Assembly (NCBI GenBank): GCA_002269645.1
Contig: NIVC01004540.1
Coordinates: forward strand, 1-42,784
Length of the DNA: 42,784 nucleotides
Source of the DNA: Macrostomum lignano
Taxonomy: Eukaryota
Direction: 5' to 3'
Positions 22,008-32,954 of the stretch are shown here, piece after piece. A model generated the notes under the pieces. The model was given only the letters and a program-made list of their open reading frames with translations, was not told the DNA's origin and ran no database searches. Both the position numbers and the translations under genes were made by a program. Positions within the stretch are counted from its first letter, which is position 1. Every line of letters starts with the position of its first letter.

Positions 22008-22835
22008 TGTCACGTTATTGGCGTAGTGGCCAGCTATGCGGTGACCCTTAAAAGGGCCGTTTTAGTCCCAAAATAAGTTGAAGTCAATTCTTGTAAAGCG
22101 GATTTTGTAGCGGAGCACTTGGCGATAAAGGCAGGAACTGCCGTAGTTGTCTTTATTGTTAATATCAGTATTAAGTTTGATTGTTACTGGCAATAAACAG
22201 ACTATAGCTTTCTGGGCACTGGCGGCTGCAGCAATGGGTTGAATATAATTTGGATATGAAGTCAAGTGGCAGGCGAATGACACAATGGCGACGTGACGTG
22301 AGCAGTGGCTATGAGCACAGTGAAGGCCGTGAAACGTAGTGGTGAGTTGGCGTCGGTCGTGGCGTGAAACAGTCAAGTAAGTGTGTGAGCAGGCTGGCCC
22401 AGACAGAAGGGCCGTGGTGAGAAATAAGGAGGCTCGAGGCAGCCAGACAAACAGATAAGACAGCTAAGAGGCCGCAGGGAAGGAAACAAGGGACAGGCGG
22501 GGAGAGACGAAAAAGGCGTGAGGGGTGCCCGCCGCCAGGCGGGGGTTTAATAAAAGAGCGCAGAGGGGGGTAGCGCGAGCACGAGTGACTTCATTGGCTG
22601 GCGAGAGAACTTAAAATTATCGATCGTGCCAATTTTATACGGTTGCGAGAGAGGATAGCAAAGTATACAATGAATTATAAATTGCCACAAAATCGTTGGG
22701 CACTACTACAAGTAAACGTCGCAATAAACGAATGGAAAAGTTTAGTTGAAACGGTGAAACTGAAGGGTTGAATGACTATGGAGAACAGCAGTCCAACGGC
22801 CCTTTTCGGGACCACCTTAAACTGACAACGTCACA
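22008..22835 (-). repeat. 5' LTR of element B
   Basis: Matches 12694-13522; followed by the PBS on the - strand. Confidence 0.95.
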
Positions 22836-23175
22836 CGTTATTTTCGGTTCTGTGATTTGTTTTTGTCACTTAGCTCTCGGTTTCAGTTGTAATTATTAAT
22901 TGTTATTTTACGTCCTTGCTTATAAAGTCTCAGTGATGCAATATTTTAATCCGTGCTAGTTACAGAATGTTACTTAAGGTCTTTTAAATCCCATGCAATA
23001 TGCTCAATGACTTCTCAACATTCGTATACTTTCGGTGACGTCTACTTTGAATATTTCGTTCACTCCGTTCGTGTTCCCATTTTTGTGTCATTCAATTTCT
23101 GTTCGATGTGTTCGGTTAATAACGCTAATCATGTTAATAATGTTTCATGTAGTTTACTGCCAATAGGCTCGTTTT

Positions 23176-23189
23176 GGAAGGGAGGCGAG
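23176..23189 (+). promoter_or_regulatory. Polypurine tract of A
   Basis: GGAAGGGAGGCGAG directly before the 3' LTR. Confidence 0.9.
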
Positions 23190-23610
23190 TGTAACGGTTT
23201 GGAAATTCTGTAATTCAAATCTAGTTTATTAACATGGTGTATTTTAACTTTATTCAAATCCTTAGCTGTTTAGATTACGTGCGTAATTATTCTAGGGTTT
23301 TAATATTACGTATTTTGTTAATTTGGTTTCCGTTTCCAAGAAATGCGACTCATAATTTTAACATGTAAGTTCTAGTCTTTTTCTGTAAGCGTGTGGCAGC
23401 CTGGGACGTAGATCAACCTAGCATGTACGTGAGATACAATAATTATAATCAGAGCCGATCACCAGTGTACGCATTCGTACTAAGACAGTAAGATTTCTTA
23501 TGCTCCGAGTTTAGTAAATCGTCCCGGACTGACAGACGTATCTGCTGAACCATATACGTTGCTAATACTCTCTCTTCGCTAGTAATATTAAATATACCGG
23601 ACTCGTTACA
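23190..23610 (+). repeat. 3' LTR of element A
   Basis: Matches 3365-3785 except tatag versus tttag. Confidence 0.95.
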
Positions 23611-25142
23611 ATACTTAAAGTCGTCCTTGATTAAAACAAATGTTTTTAGATAAATTGAAAATTCAAAATGTCTCAAAAACATTGCAAAGAATATTGAACA
23701 GATGGACGTATTTTGGTAGACTCATGGTATATAAGAGATGGGCATTATTTCAGGTACCCTGCTAGCAAGTACCGTGAATTTAGATAAACAAAAAAAAAAT
23801 GCAAGGAAACCTGTCTTTAGATTGATTACTTTAGCTAAAAAACATTTATCTAGATGAATGCTGTATTCACGGCTCTGAAAGAATATTATATATTTTTTAT
23901 TTTACTCGTTTATTACAAAGTATTTACGCGCTGGTTTAAACTTGAAGTTTTATACGAAAATTAAAATTTAATATATTAATAAAAAATAAATAAATAATCA
24001 ATATCAATAAAAAATAATCAATAAATAATCAATATAAAAACAGCCAATGTCTTACTCTTAGTCTTAATATTACCTAGTTTTAGTGTAGTATCTTTCAAGC
24101 AACAGCAGTCTAAATTGCCAGATTGTCATTCAACTCATTGCTAATTTTTTATATAAGTAAACCTTACTTGTCAATTGTTACAAACATTCAAATATGTTTT
24201 ATATATATCATAATGGCAACTTGCAAAGACAGCTACTAGTATTACTAGGCCTAGGGGAGGCCTAGCTAAGCATACAAATATATAATGCTTGTGTACTAGT
24301 GCTATGCCTTTATCATAGTATACTCGAATGTTCTTTCAATGTAATAACTGTATATTCGAATCTTTCTTAGAAACTGAATCTACGCGAACGCCAAATAATA
24401 GTTTGTTTTAATGCGCGAAATAAATTGGAGAATTATTTTTTGTTTTAATCGTATGTGGGGAAAATCACTATATATAGGAGCGGTTTCGCGACAAATATAC
24501 TCTAACTGTCTTTTACCCGTGAGCAAATAATTGCGAACAGAATAAGCAGTTCAATCTAAACCATTTCAAAGTCTTTGAGCTAAATAGCGACTTCTTCATT
24601 TGCAAAACCTGTGAAACGATTCTAAGAAATTTGCTAAGAGAAGGGAATTGGGACTAATTCCTGGAGATATACTAAGAGAGGCGCCGTGACCCTCTAGTCT
24701 TGGTGAACGCCCGATTAGGACTATACACTAATACATATACCAGTACTAGACCGCTCAGGCCATAAGCTACTAGAACGCTACCAGAAAGCAAGCCATAAGC
24801 TACCAGAAACGCTACTAAGAACGCTACCAGAAACGCTACTAAGAACGCTACCCAGAAATATTTAAATGAAATTCTAAGAAATAGTTAGGGAGTAAAAGCA
24901 AGTAGTTGGCAAATCGGTGGGATTAAAATTGATAAAGTAAGAGGTGAAAGGCCTGTAACAACTTTGGTGGCAGCTCGTAGGATATTTAATAAACACTAAT
25001 AGTTAGAAGTTTAGAAAGACAGAGCCAAAAGGCCTGTCACAGCTGGTGGCAGCGATAAGGATTAGAGAAACGGCGCGAACTCTTAAAGCTAGATTCAGAA
25101 GAATTCCGAAGAATAATTTGAAAAGTTTTTCGTAAAGAGAAG

Positions 25143-25721
25143 ATGAATCAGAATCAGGCTAATGATGCCATCGCCATGCTGGCAGAGGAACTGCGGAAAC
25201 ATCTCAAGTTAGGATCGAAAGAAACTGAAGTGCAAGTAGAAAAGTTCACGCCTGGTCAGAACATTAGGCAGTGGATGAACACGTTTGAGCAACAGTGCAG
25301 AATCCAAGGGATTACAGTCGAGAAACAGAAGGAAGCTCTCTTTGCTAATCTAAACATCCCAGAGGGACTGAAACGCCGAATCAGTCACAGAAAAGAGCAG
25401 AGTCAGTACCAGGAGATTAGGCGAAGGATCATCGAAGAATTTGAGCCGAAGCAGCAGAACAAGAAAGAAGGGATTGACGCATTAGTAGAGTGTCTAATGA
25501 CTCTGTCAATTGTGCTAACGAACATAAGCCTAGAGCCAAAGACAGGGCAGCAGCATCAGTCAGTACCAAGACCTCGCCGCCTGAACAGATTCAGTGGAAT
25601 CAGGCCAGAGCCGAAACCTGGTCACTGCTTCTTCTGCAACCAGCCAGGACCCATTAGGCCTCAGGCAGGACACCAGTGCCGAATCAACTTCAACCGGCAC
25701 GCCCAGCAGAAGCCACCCTAA
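25143..25721 (+). CDS. Truncated gag-like protein of element C, 192 aa
   Basis: ATG about 100 nt after the PBS; VEKFTPGQNIRQWMNTFEQQC resembles a Gypsy capsid N-terminus; degenerate knuckle CFFCNQPG. Confidence 0.7.
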   Translation: MNQNQANDAIAMLAEELRKHLKLGSKETEVQVEKFTPGQNIRQWMNTFEQQCRIQGITVEKQKEALFANLNIPEGLKRRISHRKEQSQYQEIRRRIIEEFEPKQQNKKEGIDALVECLMTLSIVLTNISLEPKTGQQHQSVPRPRRLNRFSGIRPEPKPGHCFFCNQPGPIRPQAGHQCRINFNRHAQQKPP

Positions 25722-25922
25722 GAAGACTCGTACACAGGAGCGCGAATCTGAAAGCTATTTGTAAATATGTTTCAAATATGCAAAAAAAAATATAAAAACG
25801 AATAAAAAAAAATTCAGAAAACCCAAAAAAAAATATTTGTTTAAGAAGTATTTCGTCTGCATACTGCAATGTACTGACCAAGTAAGCCGTCTAAAGTTCG
25901 TTAAATAGCTAAAAATTTAGGA

Positions 25923-25965
25923 GGTAACCCTTAAAAGGGCCGTTTGACCTTAAAAGGGCCGTTTT
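25923..25965 (-). other. Two tandem histone-3'-stem-loop-like motifs
   Basis: Minus strand reads AAAAC GGCCCT TTTA AGGTC AAAC GGCCCT TTTA AGGGTT ACC. Confidence 0.55.
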
Positions 25966-26513
25966 ACTAAGAAACTTATTTAGGAAAGCCAGGGAACTGC
26001 AATTTCGGACTGAAAACATTGAAGGAAGATTATTTTACTCAGAGAAGTTGACGAGAAGTTGATGCTGAGAGAATTGTGCAGAATTGTGCGAAGAGAATTG
26101 TCGAAAAGATTGGATTGCAGAGATTGGCATGACGCGCGGACAGCTACGCATGCTGACCAATTGCGGATTGGCCAAAGGCAGAAAGAAGAGGCCGATGACG
26201 CTTTCAGAAGAGCCAAAAAAGGTTCAGAGAGTCAGGCCATGCAGGAAAGGAAGGGCAGTAAGGCCTAAAGAGCAGATTAATACAGAATTTCTATGATTCT
26301 ACTGACGAGGCCAAACTGAGATAGCGGAAGGAGATTCGAGATTTGAGAATTTGTTAAGAGTTGTAGGACCCGTGACAGTAGAGCTGTAGCTGGCATGAGT
26401 TCAGCAGAGAAGCTTTCGAGAGGTCAGGGTCGAGTTGAGATATTGAGTCGAGAAGTTGTTGAGTTGAGATGAGATGAAATGAAGATGAGATTTCGAAGAG
26501 AAGCTGTGAGAAT

Positions 26514-26993
26514 TTGCAAAATTGTTCGAAGAAAAACAGTAATAATCTGACTCCAGTGCCGAAATCCGAAATTGATTTACCAGAGGAAATTAATAATAAT
26601 TTAAAACCAGCACCAGTGTCAACTAAGAAGAAAGAACAGCCGAAGCCGAAGAAAAGAATTTGCCATAGACAAAAAGAAGTTAGAATTCCAGAAGTTCAAA
26701 TTTTAGAGGAGGAAAGCTCAGACGAAGAAAACAGAATTCAATGGAGAGTATTCGCAGATCCGAATTCGCAGAGTGAAAACGAAGGAAATGAAGAATTGAA
26801 CAGTGAGAATACAGAGAGAGCGACTGACTCAGATGAGCCATCAGAAGAAGAAGAAGGAGCATTAGAGTTAGAGGAGGAACGAGTTCAGCCAGAGAATAGG
26901 TATAACTTTAGGATGACTCAGCGAAGGAGAGAAAGAGAAGGCGCGACAGGATTTGTGCCCCGAAGGCGCTACGCGAAATATTTAGCACCTTAA
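26514..26993 (+). pseudogene. Probable remnant of a pol C-terminal tail in element C
   Basis: Acidic low-complexity stretch ending in an RYNFR motif typical of Gypsy integrase tails; non-ATG start. Confidence 0.5.
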
Positions 26994-27393
26994 ATCATGA
27001 CGTAAGCAATTTCCCATAAGAAACAGTGTTAAATAGTTAAAATTCCGTATTAGAATTACTTATCTGCTTATAAAATTTGACATGCTGTACATAGAGCGAA
27101 TCTGTAAATACCATATTAATCTACAAAATGCGATCTTTAATTTGATACTTTACTCAAGAAAATCTATCAAAAAATAAAAAAGTTATAAAAAGAAATAGAA
27201 AATCCATAAAAATTTAGTTGTCAAATCTGTCAAATCTGGCATGCCCCGCCCCACGCGCGAGGGGAGTGCTTCGAAGAGGTCCAGTTTTTCGGCCCGCCAG
27301 CCTATAAATACGAGCACCCCGCAGGCCCCACAGATCCCATAGCTCACTGCTAGCTTCCTTTCTATTCTAAGAGCCATTCGCAGAGAAATCAAA

Positions 27394-28110
27394 ATGAACA
27401 ACTCTATTGATATCTTGGACGAGTTAATTGGCAATCTGTCAGACGATATGGAGCCCCAGCCAGCGCCCAACACCGATGAAAATGAGGCACCGCTTCGATG
27501 TACAACACGTCCAAAGGCGCCTGGTGTATCCAGCAAACGGCCAAGAACATCATCGCCAGCTTCATCGCCTTGCCGCCAAATGAGGGTCGAAGGCCCCGAG
27601 CAGAAGCGCGCCGCCCTGGTGGCAGCACAGGCAGCTGCGCCCGTGCGCTCCTATGTTGTCAAGGCCACGCCAGGATCATCGACATCAAGCCGAACGCAGC
27701 AGTTGGTGTCACCGCCAGCTGCCCCATCATCGAGAAAGACCCCGGCACCACGGCAGAAGAAATCGACAGCTGCGACACCGCCAGCTCAGCAGCCAGCGTC
27801 GCAGCCGAGCCTGCAATCAGCGCAGCAGTCAGCGCTGCAGCCGAGCCTGCAATCAGCGCAGCAGTCAGCGCTGCAGCCGAGCCTGCAATCAGCGCAGCAG
27901 TCTAGCCAGCCATCAGCACTACAGCCGAGCCAGCAGCAATCGAATTCGCAGAGAGATTTTCATCGCATCGTCCGAGAACTTGTGGAGACTCGCGGAGCAG
28001 AGGTGGAAAAGCTACGCTTCCACATTGAGCAATACGCACTGAAAGTAGCATACCACCGATCCGACAGCCGACAGCGCTACCCCAATGCTCGCAAATTTGG
28101 ACACACCTGA
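27394..28110 (+). CDS. Accessory ORF of unknown function in element C, 238 aa
   Basis: ATG in an AAAATG context; TATA-like cctataaata at 27301-27310; Ser/Pro/Gln-rich with about three QPSLQSAQQSAL-type repeats; helical-looking C-terminus. Confidence 0.55.
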   Translation: MNNSIDILDELIGNLSDDMEPQPAPNTDENEAPLRCTTRPKAPGVSSKRPRTSSPASSPCRQMRVEGPEQKRAALVAAQAAAPVRSYVVKATPGSSTSSRTQQLVSPPAAPSSRKTPAPRQKKSTAATPPAQQPASQPSLQSAQQSALQPSLQSAQQSALQPSLQSAQQSSQPSALQPSQQQSNSQRDFHRIVRELVETRGAEVEKLRFHIEQYALKVAYHRSDSRQRYPNARKFGHT

Positions 28111-31100
28111 AGTTTCTGAGGGATCAATTCAGTTACCAGGAAGCTGTCGCTGTTCTCCAGGACGTCGCCTATCGCCTCCAGCGAGCTATAAGAGCCAACC
28201 CGCCGCCAGCGCTGACGGTCCTCGACGAAGAGTACCGATGGTTTTTCGCTCAAGTCGGCTGGCCCTACTATCGCGACCTCCCGGAGCCCTGCATGTTTAT
28301 CTGAACTATTGAGGTGAACTAACTTTTGCGTTGCCTTTAATAACAATTTTGCCTTTTATAATACTTTTATAATAGTTCGTTTTGCTTCCATAATAGTTCT
28401 CACTTTAATGGTTTACCTACATAATAGTTCTATCACAACCATTTTATGCACCAATTGTTTTAGCACTGAATTGTGTTTTCTGCACCTTGCTTTGCACCTT
28501 TTCACCTGCATTTTCCTACGATATCAATTTTTCACTGTATACATATAATATAGTATTTCGTTCAAAATTTGATATATAGAGGAGGAAAGTTGTACTAGTG
28601 CTATGCCTTTATCATAGTATACTCGAATGTTCTTTCAATGTAATAACTGTATATTCGAATCTTTCTTAGAAACTGAATCTACGCGAACGCCAAATAATAG
28701 TTTGTTTTAATGCGCGAAATAAATTGGAGAATTATTTTTTGTTTTAATCGTATGTGGGGAAAATCACTATATATAGGAGCGGTTTCGCGACAAATATACT
28801 CTAACTGTCTTTTACCCGTGAGCAAATAATTGCGAACAGAATAAGCAGTTCAATCTAAACCATTTCAAAGTCTTTGAGCTAAATAGCGACTTCTTCATTT
28901 GCAAAACCTGTGAAACGATTCTAAGAAATTTGCTAAGAGAAGGGAATTGGGACTAATTCTGGAGATATACTAAGAGAGGCGCCGTGACCCTCTAGTCTTG
29001 GTGAACGCCCGATTAGGACTATACACTAATACATATACCAGTACTAGACCGCTCAGGCCATAAGCTACTAGAACGCTACCAGAAAGCAAGCCATAAGCTA
29101 CCAGAAACGCTACTAAGAACGCTACCAGAAACGCTACTAAGAACGCTACCCAGAAATATTTAAATGAAATTCTAAGAAATAGTTAGGGAGTAAAAGCAAG
29201 TAGTTGGCAAATCGGTGGGATTAAAATTGATAAAGTAAGAGGTGAAAGGCCTGTAACAACTTTGGTGGCAGCTCGTAGGATATTTAATAAACACTAATAG
29301 TTAGAAGTTTAGAAAGACAGAGCCAAAAGGCCTGTCACACTTGCATAATTTTTCATTTAAATTTATAAGGACTACAACTATTATTAGTATTGATCAAATT
29401 TAGTTAAATACCTTATACCTGAAGCTAAATTTGCTAATATAACTTATATAATTTTGCCTTATAAAGATTCTAGTAATCATTTGGTTTTTTGCTCAAAATC
29501 ATTTTCTAGATTTTTTCAAACTTTTAGTCAAAAAAAATTAAAGTATCAAATCAACAATCAGAGTAAAAGTCAACTAATTAGGCCTATGCCTATATAGTTA
29601 TCAGCATTCAAAATGCTGATATGCTATTACAAACTTATCATAGATATTTAATGTTAGACCCACCCATTTGCCTGCACTAAAACAGCCATGCAGACCATGC
29701 ATGCCCTCTCTGTGTTAATTTATCTAACTGCCTAACTATGCAAAAAAGCAAATAAGATGGGTGGAGCGGAAAAATATCATGCCACCACCCAACGCTGCCC
29801 CAGAGCACAATGTCAGGATTATAAATACAATGCAATTGAAAGAGCTGAGGCTCTCCACTGCCAAGTTTAGTAGAGTTTGAGCTCAAACCTAAGAAAAGGA
29901 CTTGTCTCAGTTCTTCGAAGCTTCTGTCTGTTGTGGCGAGGGGTAGCAGGCGTGTAAGGTAGTTGGCATGAGAGGCCTTTCAGAGACTACCGATAAACGA
30001 CCTGTTACAATAGTTTATCATATCAATTATATCAAATTAGTCTGCTTCAATGAAAACTTTCAATAGTCAATAGCTTATCTTAAGCTTTCATAGTATTAAA
30101 ATATGTAAGCCATGGTATCTATATGGGAGTACAAAATTTGCTAGGCCTAGCTAAAGTTTACTAACAATGATTTTGCTATATAGGGATTACGAGTATAGTT
30201 GTCAATAGATAATTGGCCACATTTGGGAATACAATATACCAATATTCAATAACATAAGATATACAATATGCTAAAATATACCTTTAGCATAATTGAAGAC
30301 ATATTGTTAATAATTAGAGTTAGTGAAATCAATTATTTATAAATATTTTTTCTTATTTTATAGAAAAAATAAGTATCATAAGAATTATAGCTATATATTC
30401 AATTACTGTATTTCCACTAGCAGATTTTAGTAAACAAAAGCATTGCTTGCAAAATTCTTACTAGCAAATTTCTTTTAGAGAAATTACTACTAGCATATTT
30501 TAGAATTTAGTTAGCAAAATCTTTATTGGCAAATTTTGGCTAACAGATTTCTTGCTAGCAAAATTTATAAACCCTATCCATTTGTTACCATTCTACAAAA
30601 AAGAATGGTTTTTGTGGGACTAAAACCATGCAAGTTCAAACTATCATGTCAATTTAAAGCAAATATCATGAATGTGAAATTGGTCAAGTAAATTCAAATT
30701 AAAATTGCCTAATTTTATGAAATGCTGCTATGAGTTGATCTAATTTAGTAATTTTTTTCATAGAATTATAAAATTATGTATATCCTGCTCTCTGTTTAGG
30801 TGAACAGTAGAAAAATTATCAGAGTATTCTTCAAAAAAGGGCATGAAAGCATTGTTAAGCAGTGAAGATTATGATTTTCATAATTTGGCCAGTTTGCAAT
30901 GCTGCTAGCACAACACTGAGCTGAATAAAAATGTGCTATGTTTATTAGTTAATGAGTAGAGGGCAGCAAAAGGTAAAGTGTGTGCAGCTCATAAATTTTA
31001 GCAACATTGTGCTGGCCTTCAAGCCCAAGCTTATTTTTGATAGCTTTAAGCTTTAAGCATTAAGCATTGCTCTGGCTGCAAAAGCAGAGTTCCAAGCCAC

Positions 31101-31206
31101 AGTTATCAGTGGCAGAGGCGCAGAGCCAGACATGATTCTCTTATCTCTTTCCTCCCCCCCTGACAGCTCTTGTCTGGGCAGTCTTGTCGGCAGTTGTCAC
31201 TGTGTG

Positions 31207-31513
31207 TTTTTTGTGCTGGCTTTTATTTGTCTGATCTGACAGTTGCGCTGCCGACAAAGACCTGCTGTTAGTCTGTGGCCAGTTTTTTGTGCTGGCTTTT
31301 ATTTGTCTGATCTGACAGTTGCGCTGCCGACAAAGACCTGCTGTTAGTCTGTGGCCAGTTTTTTGTGCTGGCTTTTATTTGTCTGATCTGACAGTTGAGC
31401 TGCCGACAAAGACCTGCTGTTAGTCTGTGGCCAGTTTTTTGTGCTGGCTTTTATTTGTCTGATCTGACAGTTGTGCTGCCGACAAAGACCTGCTCTGATA
31501 GTCTGTGGCCAGT
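31207..31513. repeat. 76-bp tandem repeat, about 4 units, upstream of Axin
   Basis: cctgctgttagtctgtggcc recurs at 31261, 31337 and 31413 (period 76). Confidence 0.9.
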
Positions 31514-31620
31514 GAGTGCAGCTCATAAACCAGCGGCTTCGGGCGGTCTCTCCCGCAGCTCGCTAGCAGCTCCGCCAGCACCAGGTCGGCATCGACTCCG
31601 CAGCCGTTGCTGCCGTCGTC

Positions 31621-31826
31621 ATGACCAACCCCGGCCAGGGCGGCGGCATCGGCGAATGTCGCTGGCTCGACGGCGGCCTGCAGGGCCTTCTGGACGATCC
31701 GGAGGGCGTCCAGCTGCTCAAGCAGTTCATGGAGCTCGCCTGGCCGAAGCAGGCCCGCGCCTTCGACTTCTACTTTGCCGTGCGAGGCCTCCGGGCCAAG
31801 CAGGAGCAGGGATACAGCGACAGGAG
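31621..31826 (+). CDS. axin: Axin coding exon 1, N-terminal half of the RGS domain; further upstream exons are possible
   Basis: WLDGGLQGLLDDPEGVQLLKQFM...FDFYFAVRG; donor AG|GTGGGC, phase 2. Confidence 0.85.
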
Positions 31827-31874
31827 GTGGGCGGCGTCTCTTTAGGCTTTGACCAAGCACCGCACTCAAGGACC

Positions 31875-32387
31875 AATCCTTCAGGAACAATAGCCAATCC
31901 TTCAGGAACACTAGCCAATCCTTCAGGAACAATAGCCAATCCTTCAGGAACAATAGCCAATCCTTCAGGAACAATAGCCAATCCTTCAGGAACAATAGCC
32001 AATCCTTCAGGAACAATAGCCAATCCTTCAGGAACAATAGCCAATCCTTCAGGAACAATAGCCAATCCTTCAGGAACAATAGCCAATCCTTCAGGAACAA
32101 TAGCCAATCCTTCAGGAACAATAGCCAATCCTTCAGGAACAATAGCCAATCCTTCAGGAACAATAGCCAATCCTTCAGGAACAATAGCCAATCCTTCAGG
32201 AACAATAGCCAATCCTTCAGGAACAATAGCCAATCCTTCAGGAACAATAGCCAATCCTTCAGGAACAATAGCCAATCCTTCAGGAACAATAGCCAATCCT
32301 TCAGGAACAATAGCCAATCCTTCAGGAACAATAGCCAATCCTTCAGGAACAATAGCCAATCCTTCAGGAACAATAGCCAATCCTTCA
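31875..32387. repeat. Intron 1 minisatellite, 21-bp unit (aatccttcaggaacaatagcc), about 24 copies
   Basis: Read directly. Confidence 0.95.
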
Positions 32388-32456
32388 GCTCTGCGCTAAC
32401 TTAGAATTCATTCCAATCTGCATTTCAAATCATTCAATTCCCGGCCTCGCCCCAAG

Positions 32457-32912
32457 GTGTCGCCGCGTGGTTCTGGCCATAGACAGGCGCTACATTCGCC
32501 GCGAGGAGCACCTGCCTATCAGTGTGGCGGCGCGGCAGAGCATCCACGAGCGACTGCAGGCCGGCGACGACTGCGACGCCAGCGTGTTCGACTGCGCTGT
32601 GCAGGAGGTGGCGCAGTTTCTTGCGCACCGGGTCTATCCCAGCTTCGCTCGCTGGTGGGGCGAGCGCGGCGGCGGCTCTGGATTCGAGCTGGCGACCTCC
32701 TCCGCTGCCGCGGCCGCCGCCACTGCTGACGTTGTCGGTGGCGGCGGGGCGGCGTCAGCGGCTGCGGCGCGCAACGCCCGGGCGAGCTCCGTGCCGCGGT
32801 CGCGGTCCTGCCACAGCGGCGGCGGCGGCTCCCTGGACCTCACAAGCCGCAACCTCATGGCCACCGTACGGGAGCGGGGCGCCGCTGCCGCCTTTACTGC
32901 CGACTGCGCTGG
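32457..32912 (+). CDS. axin: Axin coding exon 2, C-terminal half of the RGS domain
   Basis: Acceptor ccccaag|G; VLAIDRRYI...VFDCAVQEVAQFLAHRVYPSF; donor GG|GTAAGG; phases match both neighbours. Confidence 0.88.
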
Positions 32913-32954
32913 GTAAGGAGCTTCACGAACGTCTGACTACTCCGTTTCCAGCTC

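Larger units (their letters stand above)
12694..22835 (-). mobile_element. Ty3/Gypsy LTR retrotransposon B, nearly intact, nested antisense inside A
   Basis: LTRs at 12694-13522 (3') and 22008-22835 (5'), about 3 differences; TSD CGTT; PBS; PPT; gag-PR and pol ORFs. Confidence 0.96.
3365..23610 (+). mobile_element. Ty3/Gypsy LTR retrotransposon A, full length with nested insertions
   Basis: 421-bp LTRs at 3365-3785 and 23190-23610 (TG...CA, one substitution seen); TSD ATAC at 3361-3364 and 23611-23614; PBS; PPT; gag-PR-RT-RH-IN order. Confidence 0.95.
24292..29339 (+). mobile_element. Non-autonomous LTR retrotransposon C (no recognisable PR, RT, RH or IN core)
   Basis: LTRs at 24292-25041 and 28591-29339 (one 1-nt indel seen); TSD CTTG; PBS TGGTGGCAGCG at 25044-25054 (tRNA-Leu-like); PPT agaggaggaaag at 28578-28589. 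Confidence 0.92.
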
